Of a DNA stretch of 64,000 bases, positions 1-14,364 are shown piece after piece. The stretch lies in NCBI RefSeq assembly GCF_009914755.1, contig NC_060926.1; one strand, given 5' to 3'. This stretch comes from the human T2T-CHM13v2.0 reference genome, Homo sapiens. The translations under genes and the position numbers were made by a program. The stretch's first letter is position 1, and every line of letters begins with the position of its first letter. Below the pieces are notes generated by a model. It saw only the letters and a program-made list of their open reading frames with translations. It was not told where the DNA came from and searched no databases.

Positions 1-725
1 TTTCTGTGTATTTCCCATAAAGCTGCTGCTCAGCTTAGACAAGTACACAGTTGAGAAACATGTTCTTAATCTTACGACAACATGAACAACAGCTAAACTG
101 GTCAAGTTGCAAATGAATAAATTTTCTTTAATATATCAGGTAATTAAAGTTACAGCACCCGGTGTGTTTGTCAGTGTATGTGAGAGAAAGAAAGAGGGAG
201 GAAAGGAGGCTGGGAAAGAAAGAGAGAGGAAAGGAGGCTGGAAAAGAAAGTGACTCTACGTAATTATTAATTTATGAAATCTTCAAGTACAGGGACTTAT
301 TCCTAATGAATGGGGTCCACATAAGTTGATGAGGGTAACTTGATGTGCCCCCATATGGCTATAGATTTATAGTATAAATATTATTTTCTAAACACATAAA
401 CACTCATATTCATTAGAATAGATGTAGTGGAGGGAGTCTATTGGTGCAATGAGAAGGTGACACAAAACCCTATCTCCAGTGCCTTTCTCTGCTTCCTACA
501 CCTGCCCTGATGCTGAGCCTTGAGCCTGCCTGATCACTGAGCCCCACAATGGTCCTGAGCCCCCATGTGGTGCCAAGTGCTCCCTGGGTTTCCCTGCTGG
601 TTCCTGAGTGCCTGCTTCTGTCCTCAGCACCCCCTGCTGTCCTGTGAACCCCCATAGGGAGATGTGTGTCTGGGCTCACACTGATGTCCCCTTACTGTGT
701 CTTCTGCTTAAAAACGCATGGTTGT

Positions 726-1070
726 GGCTGGGCAAGGTGGCTCACACCTGTAATCCCAGCACTTTGGGAGGCCGAGGCAGGCGGATCACCAAGGTCAGGA
801 GTTCGAGACCAGCCTGGCCAACATGGTGAAACCCCGTCTCTACTAAAAATACCAAAAATTAGCTAGGCATAGTGGCGGGCACCTGTAATCCCAGCTACTC
901 AGGAGGCTGAGACAGGAGAATCACTGGAATCTGGGAGGCGGATGTGTCATTGAGCCAAGATGGCGCCATTGCACTCCAACCTGGGCAACAAGAGTGAAAC
1001 CGCTTCTCAAAATAAAATAAAATTAAAATAAAATAAGTAAATAAATAAAATTTAAAAAATAAAAAAATAC
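726..1070 (+). mobile_element. Full-length Alu (AluS-like) with A-rich tail
   Basis: GGCTGGGCAAGGTGGCTCACACCTGTAATCCCAGC... dimeric Alu. Target-site duplication (TSD)-like flanks AAAACGCATGGTTGT (711-725) and AAATACATGGTTGT (1074-1087). Confidence 0.95.
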
Positions 1071-1344
1071 ATGAAATACATGGTTGTGTGCTTGTTGCTC
1101 AGGTAGCTCGGCCGCAGGAAGAATTGTTTTTTGGACACAGATCTGGAGGTGGTGACTGGACTCTTGAGGAGTGGGTTGGAATTTGCGCTCCCTTCGTGAC
1201 CTGTGCAGCTGACCCACTCCAGTCCCTCCCTTGGGGGCTGATGGATGAAGCTCCAGCAGGAAGTGCTGGTTGTGATGGGGAATCCAGCATTTAAACAGAA
1301 ATGTTATTGTTGTTGATTCACTAAACAAAATGTGGTACTCATTT

Positions 1345-1970
1345 TTATTTTGTCGAAATACACAAAATTTAAAATTTACCATTTTAGCCCTCGTTAAGCG
1401 TACATACGGGTCAGTGATACTTTACACATTCGCAATGCTGTGCAACCATCACCACTATTTGGTTTGGGAACATTTTCATCACCGAAAAGGAAACCTCACC
1501 CCCATTGAGTGGTCACTCTCCATTTCCCCTCCACTGACCTCCTGAGATCTGTCTCTAGGGGTTTTCCTGCTCTGCATGCTACATGTCAACGGGACAATTC
1601 TGGATGTGGACTTCCGTGTGTCCCTCAGTTCACTCACCCAGTGTTTTCAAGGCTCATCCAAGTTGCAGCCTATGTCAGTGCTTCACTCCTCTTTAAAGCT
1701 GGGTTACAGACACACAGACGCACCGCAGCGCCTTCATCCCTGTGGCAGTTGATGGGTACTTGAGTTGTATTCTCCATTTGGCTACTGTGAGTGGTGACAC
1801 TGGGTACACTTGTGTATGAGGTTTTCTGTGAAGACCATTTTCCAAAGTTGTTGTACCAGTTCAATACCAACCTGCAACCTATGACCATTCCAAATTCAAT
1901 GTCTTTACCTACAAGTGATTATGTTTTTCTATTTAGTTTTGAATACTGGTTATCTTAGTGTGTGTAAGGC
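1345..1970 (-). mobile_element. Old L1 (L1M-type) 3' fragment, antisense
   Basis: Typical antisense L1M 3' text: GTGCAACCATCACCACT..., TTTTCAAGGCTCATCCAAGTTGCAGC, CCATTTTCCAAAGT. Confidence 0.75.
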
Positions 1971-1989
1971 AGTAATTTACCGGGATCTT

Positions 1990-2595
1990 AAATCAGCAAC
2001 ATAAACCAAATAACCCCATTAAAAATGGGGAAGGGACATGCACAGAAACTTCTCAAATACAGACCCAGAAGTGGCCAACTAACATATAAAACTGCTCAGC
2101 ATCCTCAATCATCAGATACGTGCAAATCAAAACCAAATGAGATACTATCTCACATATGTCAGAATTGCTATCACTAAAAGATCAGAACTTGACAGATGCA
2201 GGCAAGGCTATAGAGAAAAGGGACCACTTACACTCTTTTGGTGAAAATATAACTTGGCCCAAGCACTGTGGAAATCAGTCTGGAGATTTCTCAAAAACTT
2301 AAAACAGAGCTACCAGTCCATTCAGCATTCTCATTACTGGGTATATGCCCAAGAGAAAACAAATTATTGTAACAAAAAGACACATCCACTCATGTGTATC
2401 ACCATGCAATTCACAGTACCAAAGACATGGAATCAACCTAAATGCCCATCAGTTATAGACTGAATAAAGAAAGTGTGGTATTTGTACACAGTGAAACACT
2501 ACGCAGCTACAAAAAAAGAATGAAATCATGTTTTTTGCAGCTAGCTGGATGCAGCTGGAGTCCAAAATTCTAAGCTAACTGACACAGAAACAGAA
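1990..2595 (+). mobile_element. L1 ORF2 3'-end fragment
   Basis: ORF 2254-2463 gives L1 ORF2p C-terminal motifs (LWKSVWRFLK, KTWNQPKCPS). Also CAAATCAAAACC and AAAGAATGAAATCATG. Confidence 0.9.
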
Positions 2596-2949
2596 GATAA
2601 GAGTCAGTGGGAGATGAAATAAACATTTTGGTTGCTTCTCTGTGTAAAATTGAGAAAAGAAATCACCTGGGTGCATGAACTCTTGAAATAGACAAGCCTA
2701 GAGCCACTCATGTCCTGACTTCCATTTCATTATGCTGTGATTTTTCTCATTTTTATTCAGTTAAAATTGCTTTCCTTCACTCTTGGCTAAAATAGCCACA
2801 CATAATCATCTAGAGGCATTACAATAAAAATATAAAAATAATATATTTGAACATAAGAATAAGTGATAACTTTTATGTCAAAATTATTGCAGATTCAGCG
2901 TGATAGACAGATGCTCTGGAGCCCATCTGAGCTGCGGCGGCATCTGTAG

Positions 2950-3250
2950 CTCACTCCTGCTTACTGCTGAGTAGCGTTCTGTGGAATGGATTCACTGGTG
3001 TTCATTCCACCATCCACCTACTGAGAAACAGTTTGCTTGTTTCCAGTTCTTGGCTGTTCCAAATAAAACTACTGTGAACACTCGTGTCCAGCCTTTTGTG
3101 TGGGTGTAATGTTCACTTCTCTGGGGAAAATGCCCTGTATGTTTGCTGGGTGTAATAAGTGTGTGTTTTATTATGAAACTGACAAACCATTTTCCAGAGT
3201 GGCTGGAAAATAACTTTTGCATTTTACATTCCCACTAGCAACGTATGAGA
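2950..3250 (-). mobile_element. Old L1M fragment, antisense
   Basis: GTTTCCAGTTCTTGGCTGTTCCAAATAAAACTACTGTGAACACTC...AAACCATTTTCCAGAGTGGCT...CATTCCCACTAGCAA. Confidence 0.7.
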
Positions 3251-4857
3251 TTGTAGCATTAAAGTTCATGTTTTATGCAGTTTACTGGTGAATTTTTTGA
3301 ATGGATGACTGTTAAGATGAGAACAGACATGCATTTATTTTCTCTCTCCTTCATGCAGCAAGTGTGTGTGCCTTGGAGAAGCCTAGGGAAGGTGCAGCTC
3401 ACAGACCTGCCCTGCTCTGGGCCAGCTGTCTACAGGTGCTAAGGGACGACCACGCCGTTACCTGTGTGGTGCAAGTCAACTCATCGGCTATTTTACAAGC
3501 TGAAGGGTGGAAGCTGACAGCTCACCCAGTGACTGTGACCAGGTAAATGCTTTATGAACAGGAGTCCAGTAAATTCCTTTATCTGTCAACCTTGTCACTA
3601 GTTGACTTATGAGATTTTTGACTTCTTAAGAAGAAACAGCTAAGAAGATTTCTACAGGCTCAGAAAGTTAAAAAGGGAGACGATGCAAACACTTCGATGT
3701 TGGATGTTTTCCTTTGAGCTGCTTAACTCGCCTGCACGTGGGTCAGAGGGAAATCCTCTGAGGTCTTAGAAGTTCATCCCGAGCTATTCCAGCTCGACAC
3801 ATTTATCATGTCTTACCCAAATGGCCAGTATCGCCTTCATTCCAACCGGCGGCTGCTTTTACTCTGTTTAAAGATCCTGTTTGAAGTTCACTGAAGCCAG
3901 TCCTATGGGCCTCCCAGGAGCACCTAGGGCTCTGTGTGGACTAAAGTCACTGAGTGGGTATGCGGGAAGGAATTGGGGCTCCTCTTAGGCCTGGACTCAG
4001 GCAAGTATCTTCCCCTTCCTTCTAACATTTCCTTAGAAGGTGAGTTTTCCAAAAGGAAAAATCATCTCCCTTGCTTTCCTCTGTCCCCCTGTCAGCTCTC
4101 CATACTTCCAGGAGCAGCAAAAGTTAACACAATTTACCCCAGTTTTATTTCATCATTTGCCTTTCACGCTTCTGCCTTTTTGCTTCTTTCCCTGTGTTCA
4201 CTCCTCTCACTGCCACGCAGCCTCTTCCCAACCTGGGCCAGGCTCCAGCAGGACGCTGCTCTTCCTTCCCTCCTGTTCTCCTGCAGGACATGGGAGCCAC
4301 CAACCTCTGTGCCCATGGGACCCCTGGGTCTGGTTGGACTGATTCCTGAGGGTGTTCCCTGGAAGACAAGGAAGGGAGAACATGGGGAAAGGGAAGGCCT
4401 CGGGCTGGGAAACAGCAAGGCCTCCCAGGAGGGAAGATGAGAGGGGCCCTGGGATGAGAGTCAGGTGTGAGCCTCCCACACTGCCTGTGGCCACCCACGC
4501 TGCCTACGGCCACCCTGGCCTTTTTCCACTAGGCCCAGCCCCTACTCTGGGAGACCATAGTGTGTTCAGGTTCAGTAAAATAGAGTCAGTCAGGATGGGG
4601 TTTAAAGCCTGGCTGGCTCTGCTGCCTCATCGCTGTGAGACCCTGGGCAGGTTACTTAACCACTCTGAGCAGCAGTTTCCACAACAATGGAAAGAGTAAC
4701 AGGAAAGAGAAACAAGGATCCTGTAAGACAGCTGCAGGGTTTGGATACAGACTTCACAGGACATGTCAGGACAGGGTGAGTGAGTGCTCCATGATGTCAG
4801 CCCCTACTACTTTGTTGTTGGTGGTCACTGGACCTCTTATTAGAAAGTGCAGGTCTC

Positions 4858-5920
4858 AAATGAGACCTAATTAAACTGAAGAGCTTCTGCTCAGCAAAAG
4901 AAGCTATCAACAGAGTAAACAGGCAACCTACAGCATGGGAGAATAGTTTTGCAAACTATGCATCTGACAAAAGTCTAATATCCAGTATTTGTAAGGAACT
5001 TAAACAAACTTACGAGGAAAAAAAAACCTCATTAAAAAGTGGGCAAAGGAAATGAACAGACACTTCTCAAAAGAAGACATACATGTGGCCAATAATCATA
5101 TGAAAAAAAGCTCATCATCACTGATCATTAGAGAAATGCAAATCAAAACCACAAAGAGATACCATCTTACCCCGGTCAGAATGGCTATTAATAAAAAGTC
5201 AAAAAATAACAGATGCTGGTGAGGTTGTGGAAAAAAAGGAACACTTTTACACTGTTGGTAGTAGCATAAATTAGTACAACCATTGTGGAAGACAGTGTGG
5301 CAATTCCTCAAAGACCTAAAGACAGAGCAATCCCATTACTGGGTATATACCCAAAGGAGTATAAATCATTCTTTTTTAAAGACACGTGCACACATATGTT
5401 CATTGAGGCACTATTCACAATAGCAAAGACACAGAATCAACCTAAATGCCCATCAGTGATAGACTGGATAAAGAAAATGTGGTACCTATACATAACGGAA
5501 TACTATGCAGCCATAAAAAAAGAATGAGATCATGTCCTTTGCAAGGACATGGATGGAGCTGCAGGCCATTATCTATAGCAAACTATCACAGGAATAGAAA
5601 ACCAAATACCACGTGTTCTCACTTATAAGTAGGAGCAAAGTGATGAGAACACATGGACACACAGGGGTAATGACACACCCGGAGTCTACAGGAGGGTGGA
5701 GGGTGGGAGGAGGGAGGGAATCAGGAAAAATAACTAACAGAAACTATCAACAGAGTAAACAGGCAACCTACAGAATGGAAGATACTACAGGTACTAGGCT
5801 TAATATCTGGGTGATGAAATAATCTGTACAACAAACTCCCATGACACACATTTACCTATGTAACAAACCTGCACATCCTGTACATGTACCCCAGAATGTA
5901 AAACAAAAGTTAAAAAAAAA
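4858..5920 (+). mobile_element. 5'-truncated L1 (old L1PA/L1PB type) with 3'UTR and poly(A)
   Basis: ORF2 C-terminal motifs ([31 protein letters not shown]). 3'UTR GGGTGGGAGGAGGGAG...GTAACAAACCTGCACAT. A-tail at about 5912-5920. Confidence 0.93.
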
Positions 5921-5954
5921 CACAGATCTCTTATAAGACAAATACCAATTATTA

Positions 5955-6450
5955 AGTCAGCAAGTGTTTATTGAGATGCTACTACTCTATGCTCTGCTCT
6001 TAGGGGGATATAAAAATAAGACAGTCATCAAGGGATAGGGTTAGGCATAGGCCTCTACTGAAGGAATGGTGCAACTAACACACACTGAGTGTGCGACCAG
6101 CACCCTAGGGCAGGAGGCAGGTGAAAAGCAGGGGCTGCACAGCCACAGCTGCCCGGAGGCCCCAGGAACCAGAATGTCATCAAGGCAAGCTGACTCAAGG
6201 AGGAGCTTGACATTCTTGAGGGGTTTGGATTGAGGGGTCACACATTTGCTTGTTCAGATGAGGACTGTCTAGGACCAGGAAGTTAACAAATATAAAGTCA
6301 AGATGTAAGGAAAAAGGAAGACTTAAATCCCACGTGTTCATTCAACCAATATTTGTTGAGCAGCTACTGTCTCTCTGCCAAGCACTGGTGATACAAAGAT
6401 AAACAAGACAGACATGGACCCTGCCTTGTGGAGCCCGATGGCTAACAAGA
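5955..6450. mobile_element. L2 fragments
   Basis: CAGCAAGTGTTTATTGAG...; TTCATTCAACCAATATTTGTTGAGCAGCTACTGT...GGTGATACAAAGATAAACAAGACAGAC. Confidence 0.6.
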
Positions 6451-6479
6451 GAGATGGAGAACAGCCAAGGAAACCAATA

Positions 6480-7000
6480 AAGGGTGTTGTGCCCATCACA
6501 GTCCAGCAGGAAACAGAAGCCACGACAGGTATGTCACACAGAGGGGATTCAGTACAGGGACTTGTTGACACAGTAGCTGGAAGGCAGAAAGAGCAGAAAT
6601 GGGGTGCTGAACAACCCAGAGAACAATAATCACTGGCAGCGGCTGCCACCCACCCCCAGAGTCAGGGACAGAAGGGCAACCGGGACTGATGCTCAAACCT
6701 CTAGACGGGGCCATCCCTGCCTCACTGGCACCCAGACCTGTGCGGGGATGCTGGAAGACAGTGGTCACCCCAAAGAAAGGGCACAAGGACCCTCATCTCC
6801 AGCGACTACTGCTGCTGCTGCTGCTGCTGGAGAGACAGTGGCAAAGCCTGGAAAAGGTGGCAGGAAGCCCCACTCCTCTCCTAACATCCCAGCCTCCCTC
6901 CAAGTCCTCCACTGCCAGAATCTAGCAAGGACTCAGATGCCAAGGGAGCCCGCGTCACGGAGCAGAGACACTCAGAACCAGCTGGCCCAGTCCCGCATCC
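6480..7000. mobile_element. Old MaLR (MLT1-like) LTR containing a (CTG)7 tract
   Basis: GTCCAGCAGGAAACAGAAGCCAC...AGAGGGGATT resembles the element at about 31230. CTG run at 6809-6829. Confidence 0.45.
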
Positions 7001-9619
7001 ATGCCCCGCTCTGCCCGTGTCTGAATTTCCAGCCCTGGTCTTTCCCTGACCATGCAGCCAGACCACAAACAGCCTTCCCTTCCCTCTCTGCTCAGCCAAG
7101 ACAGACAACCAGGCATGCTACCAGAAGGCAAGCCCGCCTGGAGGGCCCACAGAAATGACGGGTGCCCTGAAGGAAGCCGCCGGCAGCTATGGTGGAGCCT
7201 CAGGGAGAGGGCCCAGGCAGTCGGACCTGCTGGACCCGGGGCGAACCCCAGAGAAGGAGCCTTGTTAGTTAGAAGCGCTGCTTCCTTCCGCCATTCCCAG
7301 GGGCTTTTTCCCTGGAGAACTTTCCCCTGGGCAGGGCAGGTCTGTGGGGGTCAGGAGAGGCTTCTAGAGTGTTGTCCAGACTAGCAAGTGAAGGGCCAAG
7401 GGCCAGAGCTGGGAGGAGTTCTGAGGGCCCCAGCAGTTGCCCCCTCACCTCCTGGCCCCATCTCTCTCCAGCCCCTCCCCTGCCTCATCCATCCCTGCCA
7501 GCCAGCCCCCAGCCTCGGGCCCCCATCACCTCCTGAAGAGACCAGCCTGTCCCTCAGTCATCACTTGGTCAGGCCTTCCCCATCTCGGCCATAAGGGACA
7601 GCTGCTCAAGCCCCACACAGGCCCCACCTGGTGGAGCAGGGCCAGCTCCTACCCACCTTCCACAGCACCAGCTCCCTGCAGCCACTTCCAGTCTCCTGGC
7701 CCCTGACAAGCTGTTCCTAGAAAATACTAGCTGGGCCCCAGAGTGCAGCCTCAGTGGGGCCAGGTACCATGGGTCTGGGACTCCAGAATCTTTAGGCCTC
7801 AGCCACTCACCTGGGCTGGATTTTCTGCGCTTTGCTTCTCTACCTCGGCACTGTTCGCAGCTTCCCCCCGCCCGCCCATAGGGACCCTGTCTCTGCCGCA
7901 GTGACACTGGGGGAGGTGTGGCAGGAGTGTGTGTATCTGAGCGCCATCCTCTCTGACAGCACATTTTTGTGTAGTCCATCCTAGGTACCAGGGTGGTAGG
8001 GTGTCTCAGGATGACGAGGGGTGCAGGTGGGGTCGGGGACGAGGCAGAGAAGTGGGAAAAAACCTTCCCTGGAAGTTCAGAGGGAAGATTGCTTCCTACT
8101 GGGAGAATGTCTAGGGGCTAGGTGGTCATGGAGCAGGAAATGGGTGGGGACGAAACAAATAAGCATCTGTCCCCATCTGGTCCAGGCTCCTGACAGGAAC
8201 GGGATCTGAGGCTGGGCCACAGTGGAAGGCCAAGAAGGCACCAGGTGATGCCACCTTCACAGGCATCTGTCCCAGGAAGCTGAAGCTGTGAGTTGCTAGT
8301 GAGTGGCGTGTCCAGCAGCTGCCTTCTCCTTTCTTGAGTGGGTGAGTGACACGTATCAAACACCTGCTTTATGCCAAGCTCCATGCTGTACTCCAGGGAC
8401 ACAGGGACCTCAGGGCATGGTGCTGCCTCCAGGAGCTCAGGGTCCTGGCAGGAGGCAGGGAAGAGACAAAGAGAGACAATGAAAGTGGAGAGTGACCCAA
8501 TGAAAGTGGAGGTGTGCTGGGGGCTTGGTAGTCAAGGGTGGCTTCCAGGAGGAGGTGACATTGGTGACACTGGCCCTTGCCTTGCAGGGTCTGGTCATAG
8601 ATAGGCTGGGGGTGGGCTTGGGGAAGCAGAGCAGGCAATCAATCAATCAGGACTAAGTGACCTGGAGCCTAGTGAAAGGCAGGAACATGATTACCGGTCA
8701 CAAAATGTCTGTGGCTTCCTGGGAGAAGAGGAGGGAATGGGGACCTCCCCTAAGCCCGAGTCCAGGGCTCATCTGAAAACTTCCTGGGGACCTGGGAAGG
8801 GATATGAAGTTAATCCATGCAACTGGGCCGAACAAGGAGAGTGGGAAAGAAGAGAGCAGGCAGGAGGCCAGGGTGAGTGGGATCCCGGCCTCGGGGCCAC
8901 TGGAGGAGCAGGATGCCTTTGCCTGGCTGCTTTACTGCCTTTCTGTACTTTCTAACTTTTCTAAGGTACACAGGTAGAAAAAAGGGGAAAATGCCCCCAA
9001 AATGCTCGCTGTTTAATTTTGTCCTTTTTTTTTATTAAAGGGACTAGAAAACAAGGCCTTTAAATATTAGATAGAAAAGAATGTTCTAATTAATCCTTTT
9101 TATGTGACTTTGTAAATATGTGCTGTTTAATAAAAAGCTGGGGCAGTCCATCTGACTGGGCTGATGTGCTCCTGGGGGAGGAGGACACAGGAAGGGGAGG
9201 CCTGGCCCTGACTCCTGGCCCCTCTCGGACTGCACTTCCTACACACCCCAGGAGGCCCAGGGCACTGGCAGCCCCATCCTTGGAGCACTCATAGGTGTCA
9301 AGGAACCCCTTGTGTGACTGGTTCTGCCAGGAGCAGGTGCGATGGGAGCTCCCGCCAGCACTGTTCCTCCAGATGAGACAGGGGCCCTCACTGGAGGCCC
9401 AAGGGGACTGGGCTGGCAATTTCCTGCCAGTCTTAAAGCCACAGAAGGAGAAAATTCTCCCTCCATGAGTCAGGGCACAGTGACTTGGTGTCTGGAAGTA
9501 TCCTAGGTTGAACTGCAGAGTGTAGGGAAGTATTTTATTTGCTAATTCAGTGTTCACTGGGACTTTACAAAACATAGCTACTACAAATAACAAGAATCAA
9601 CTGTATCGTTAAACCATGT

Positions 9620-9690
9620 AATAAATATATATGTATATATGTTTATGTACATATATGTATATATATAATTTATGTGTATGTATATATAAA
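9620..9690. repeat. (TA/TG)-rich microsatellite-like tract
   Basis: ATATATATGTATATATGTTTATGTACATATATGTATATATAT... Confidence 0.85.
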
Positions 9691-10059
9691 GTAGAATACA
9701 AAATGTATGTTCACCATAATTTACAACTTTATAAAAAATGTATGTGCATAACGATGAGGTCTGGGAAGGAACATGCCATAGGTAAAACGTCTTTACTGTT
9801 AACATTATTTTTACAATGAGCTTAAAACAGGTTAAAAACTAATAACAGCTCTAATTCCCACTATGTGGTTTCATCCTAAGCCATTAAAATCTCCCTGGAG
9901 TTGAGGCATTTTGAGTGAACAGCACCCAACTCCCGAGGGATGCCACGGTGGCGGGAACGTGGGCACATCTGTTTAACGGAGCCGTGACTCTTGAGGCAGT
10001 TTGCGTGGGAACTGCCTGATGGGTCTGAAGCACAGCCCCAGGATGGCCTTGTCTTGTTT

Positions 10060-10703
<644 letters not shown>

Positions 10704-10724
10704 TCATGTTTTTTTCCTTTTAAA

Positions 10725-11215
10725 GCGTGTGTATCAGAGAGCTATTTGGACACTCATGTTCACAGTAGCACTAGTCACAACAGTGGAAAGGTGGAAGCAA
10801 CCCAAGAGGTCAGCAGCAGGTGAGTGGATCAACACAATTCAGTGAAATATTATTTGGCCCTGAAAAAGAAAGAAATTCTAACCCATGCCACAACACAGAT
10901 GAACTTTCAGGACGTTATGCTAAGTGAGATAAGCCAATCACAAAAGGGCAAATGCTGCCTGATTCCATGTATATGAGGCACCTAGAGTGGGCAAATCCAT
11001 AGAGACAGAAAGTAAATGGTAGTTGCCAGGGGCTCGGGGGAGGGAAGAATAGGGAGTTGTTTAGAGTGGAGTTCCTGTTTTGCAAGATGGAAAGAGTTCT
11101 GGAGATGGATGGTGGTGACGGTTGCATGACAATGTGAACGAATATTAATGCCACTGAACTGTGCACCCAAAAATGGCTAAGATGGTTAATTTTGTGATGT
11201 GTATTTAACCACAAT
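10725..11215 (+). mobile_element. L1MB-type 3' fragment
   Basis: CATGTTCACAGTAGCAC...GGCAAATCCATAGAGACAGAAAGTA...TTCTGGAGATGGATGGTGGTGA...AATGCCACTGAACTGT. Confidence 0.85.
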
Positions 11216-12489
11216 GTTTAACAAGGGAGGTGTATAATGGACAAGAGACCCTGGGAAGCAGCATGTACTGTGTGCACCTGAATGCGAGCATCAGTAGTTT
11301 CCTTCATCTTGAAACATTACACTGTCAAAGGGAGACTTCGCGGCATCCGGGTTCCCTCTGTGGGCAATGCCCGTGTGTGCCCTTCATGGAGCCCAGTTCT
11401 CCTGGGCCCTGGGTGGGACCAGGAGACCCCTGCTGCCTGGTGTGCTGATGACACGATACTTGCCCATCTGGAGTTGGGCCTTTTTCTCCCAGCCGGAAGT
11501 TTTTGAGGCTTCCTGGTACAGCCTGCGGTCACCCGAGTACCAGAGAAGGGAAGGAGAGGCAAAGCTGTCATGGAAAGGAAGACAAGTAGTAGAAAAGGCA
11601 TCTGGGGTTGGCAGTGCATGAAACCTGCCTTGCTGAAAGAATGCCCAGCTATGCAGAAAAACCTGCCACCAGGCTACCCACCCCCGGTGCTCCTCCCCAT
11701 TTCTCAGCTCCTCCTCTGCCCCAGCCCAAACCCATACTTCCCAGCCACAGCCCAAAGCCCTGCCACACTGACCTGAGAGCACGCATCCTCCTGACACCTC
11801 ATTTGCCCTTCCCATGGAGTCATTACTTGGGTAGTGTCTGTCACAGCGTGTAAAGTTCACTTCTCAGCAGCAGTCCAGCCCCTGCAGCAGCCCCCGCCTG
11901 CCCATGAGAGGCTTCCAGCTGCTCTGTGCAACGGAGCAGATCCACTCTCCACAGAGGCTATCCTCCTTATTCTTTCCCATCTCAATGCTATCTCGCCAAC
12001 CCAGCTGATTGGTCTCCCTCCCCTCTGTCCCAGGAGTGAACTTCCCAACCCTTAGGGATATTTCCCTCTCTGGGTCTTTCTCAGGGAACCTCCCCTCCTG
12101 CCGTCTGTGCCATTCCAATGGTTATGGTTATTTTGGCCAACACTCACCATGTGCCAGAGAAGCTTGTTAAGCCATCATGAGGACCGGATGATAGAGGGGC
12201 CAGCGGGACCCCCACCTCCTCTATTTGATGGACAGGGACACAGAGGCACAGGGGAGTTCAATGACCTTGCCACCAGGCAGAGCTGGGATTCAAACCCAGG
12301 AGGAACGCTCTTGCCTGGTGCGTGGATTGAGGGTGAGAGTGGAGGCAGAAAGCTGGCCTCAGGCTTCCTCAGCCCTGGCCACCCTGCCTGGGGAGCTTTC
12401 AACAATGCAGCCTCCCTTACCTGTTCAAGCAGAATCTTTGGGCAGGAACCCGACCCTCAGACTTTCTTGAATTCTGCAAAGGGTTCTAG

Positions 12490-12877
<388 letters not shown>

Positions 12878-14364
12878 TAACAAGCTCTTTGCCCCATATC
12901 ATGTTTTTTGCTTGCTTCTTTTTCTTTTGAAACAGTTTTCAAAATAATAAGCATCCTCCAAAAGTGACCAAAGAAGTTTTTGTTTTAAGTATCATTTTGA
13001 ACTTGTGGATTTCAATTTAGTGCATTCCAATCCATTGTAGTGATAAGAAGCTCATGTGTTCCCATCTTTGGCCAGCAGGAGGCTGCTGAGTCCTTTTGAC
13101 CAGAGCCCAGCAGCCTTTGGAAGTTTTCTCACCATCTGCTGTGGTAACATTCAGGCTCAACCTCCCTCTCCAAACCTGGCATCAGCCATTTCTTCCTGGA
13201 CTCCAATCTGGGGGTTATTACCCCAGTTCTTATATTCTACTCTTAACCAACTTTCTAAATATAGGAGGCTCTTCTCCGTGTTCTAGAGAAGAATGGGTTA
13301 ACACACCTGTTGTTAAGCTCCATCCTTCCTTAAGAAGTCCTTTCAAGTTTAAGTTCAGCCTTTTGGGAAATGTATACATGACTGCGTGTATTTGCTTATT
13401 TAAAAAAAAAAAGGATTCTGCCAAAGTTATACTTGAAATATACTCACTGTAAATGGCTCGCTGCAATCAAATATTTCTCCACTTTGAGGGCCAGTCCCAG
13501 CCACTAAAAAATATCTCCTGCTCTGAGAAAATACACAAATAAGCATTAAAATGAGAGGGAAGTTTAGGCCACCAGGAAATTTGGAAAACTAAGTATGAGT
13601 TTTAATTAAAAAGTAAATACAAATACTCAAAGATTTCACACCTAAAAAGAATCCAACCTAGACTACTTGAGACAGAAATGAGATAACAAACTCTACTACT
13701 GGGTTTACATCCACCTGTAGTCCTTGGCTGTGGTCCCTCCTACTGTTTAGGAGCCAGAGGGGTGTGGAAAGAGGAAGTGACTTTCTTCCGCACAACATTG
13801 ATTCTGCAACACTGAAGCCATTGCAGGAAGGCTCCCACGATGTTTGAGTAGATTCCCAAATGCTCAGGGACCCCTGGCATGTCACGAAAGGTAGGACAGG
13901 GATCCCTAAGCCATAGCTGGAACCCGGAGAGAGGAAGCCACTGATGGGCTCCGTGGCACTGCAGGCATGATGCCCCATCAAGACTCCTAATTCCCCACGC
14001 CAACCTTGGCTGAGGCTCTGGCAGGCCACCCTCTGGGCTCATTCTAGGAGCCTCTACCTGCCCCTGCCCTCAGGTGTGAAATCTGGTTTTTGGGGGAGAC
14101 CCACAAGTGTCCTACACCATGTCCAGGCAGCACCATGCCCTGCCCGTGTGACCTTGGGCCCCAGTCCCCTCCAGGACAGCACCACCTCCTGGACTATGGC
14201 GAAGATTAAATGTGCAAATGTAAGTAACGTGCATATGGCTACATCTGGCCAGGGAAGCTTCTGATGGCAGGAAGGGGACTGCGACCCCTCTGCAGACACT
14301 GGCTGGCAAAATGGGGCCCAGGTGCCGTTGCTGGCCCCACGCCTGGCACTGGTGAGCTGGCAGT

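Noticed and set aside
6604-7158. 184-aa ORF containing a poly-Ala run
   Set aside because: The poly-Ala comes from a short (CTG)7 tract in a probable LTR relic. No domain or exon structure, and the tract is too short to suggest instability.
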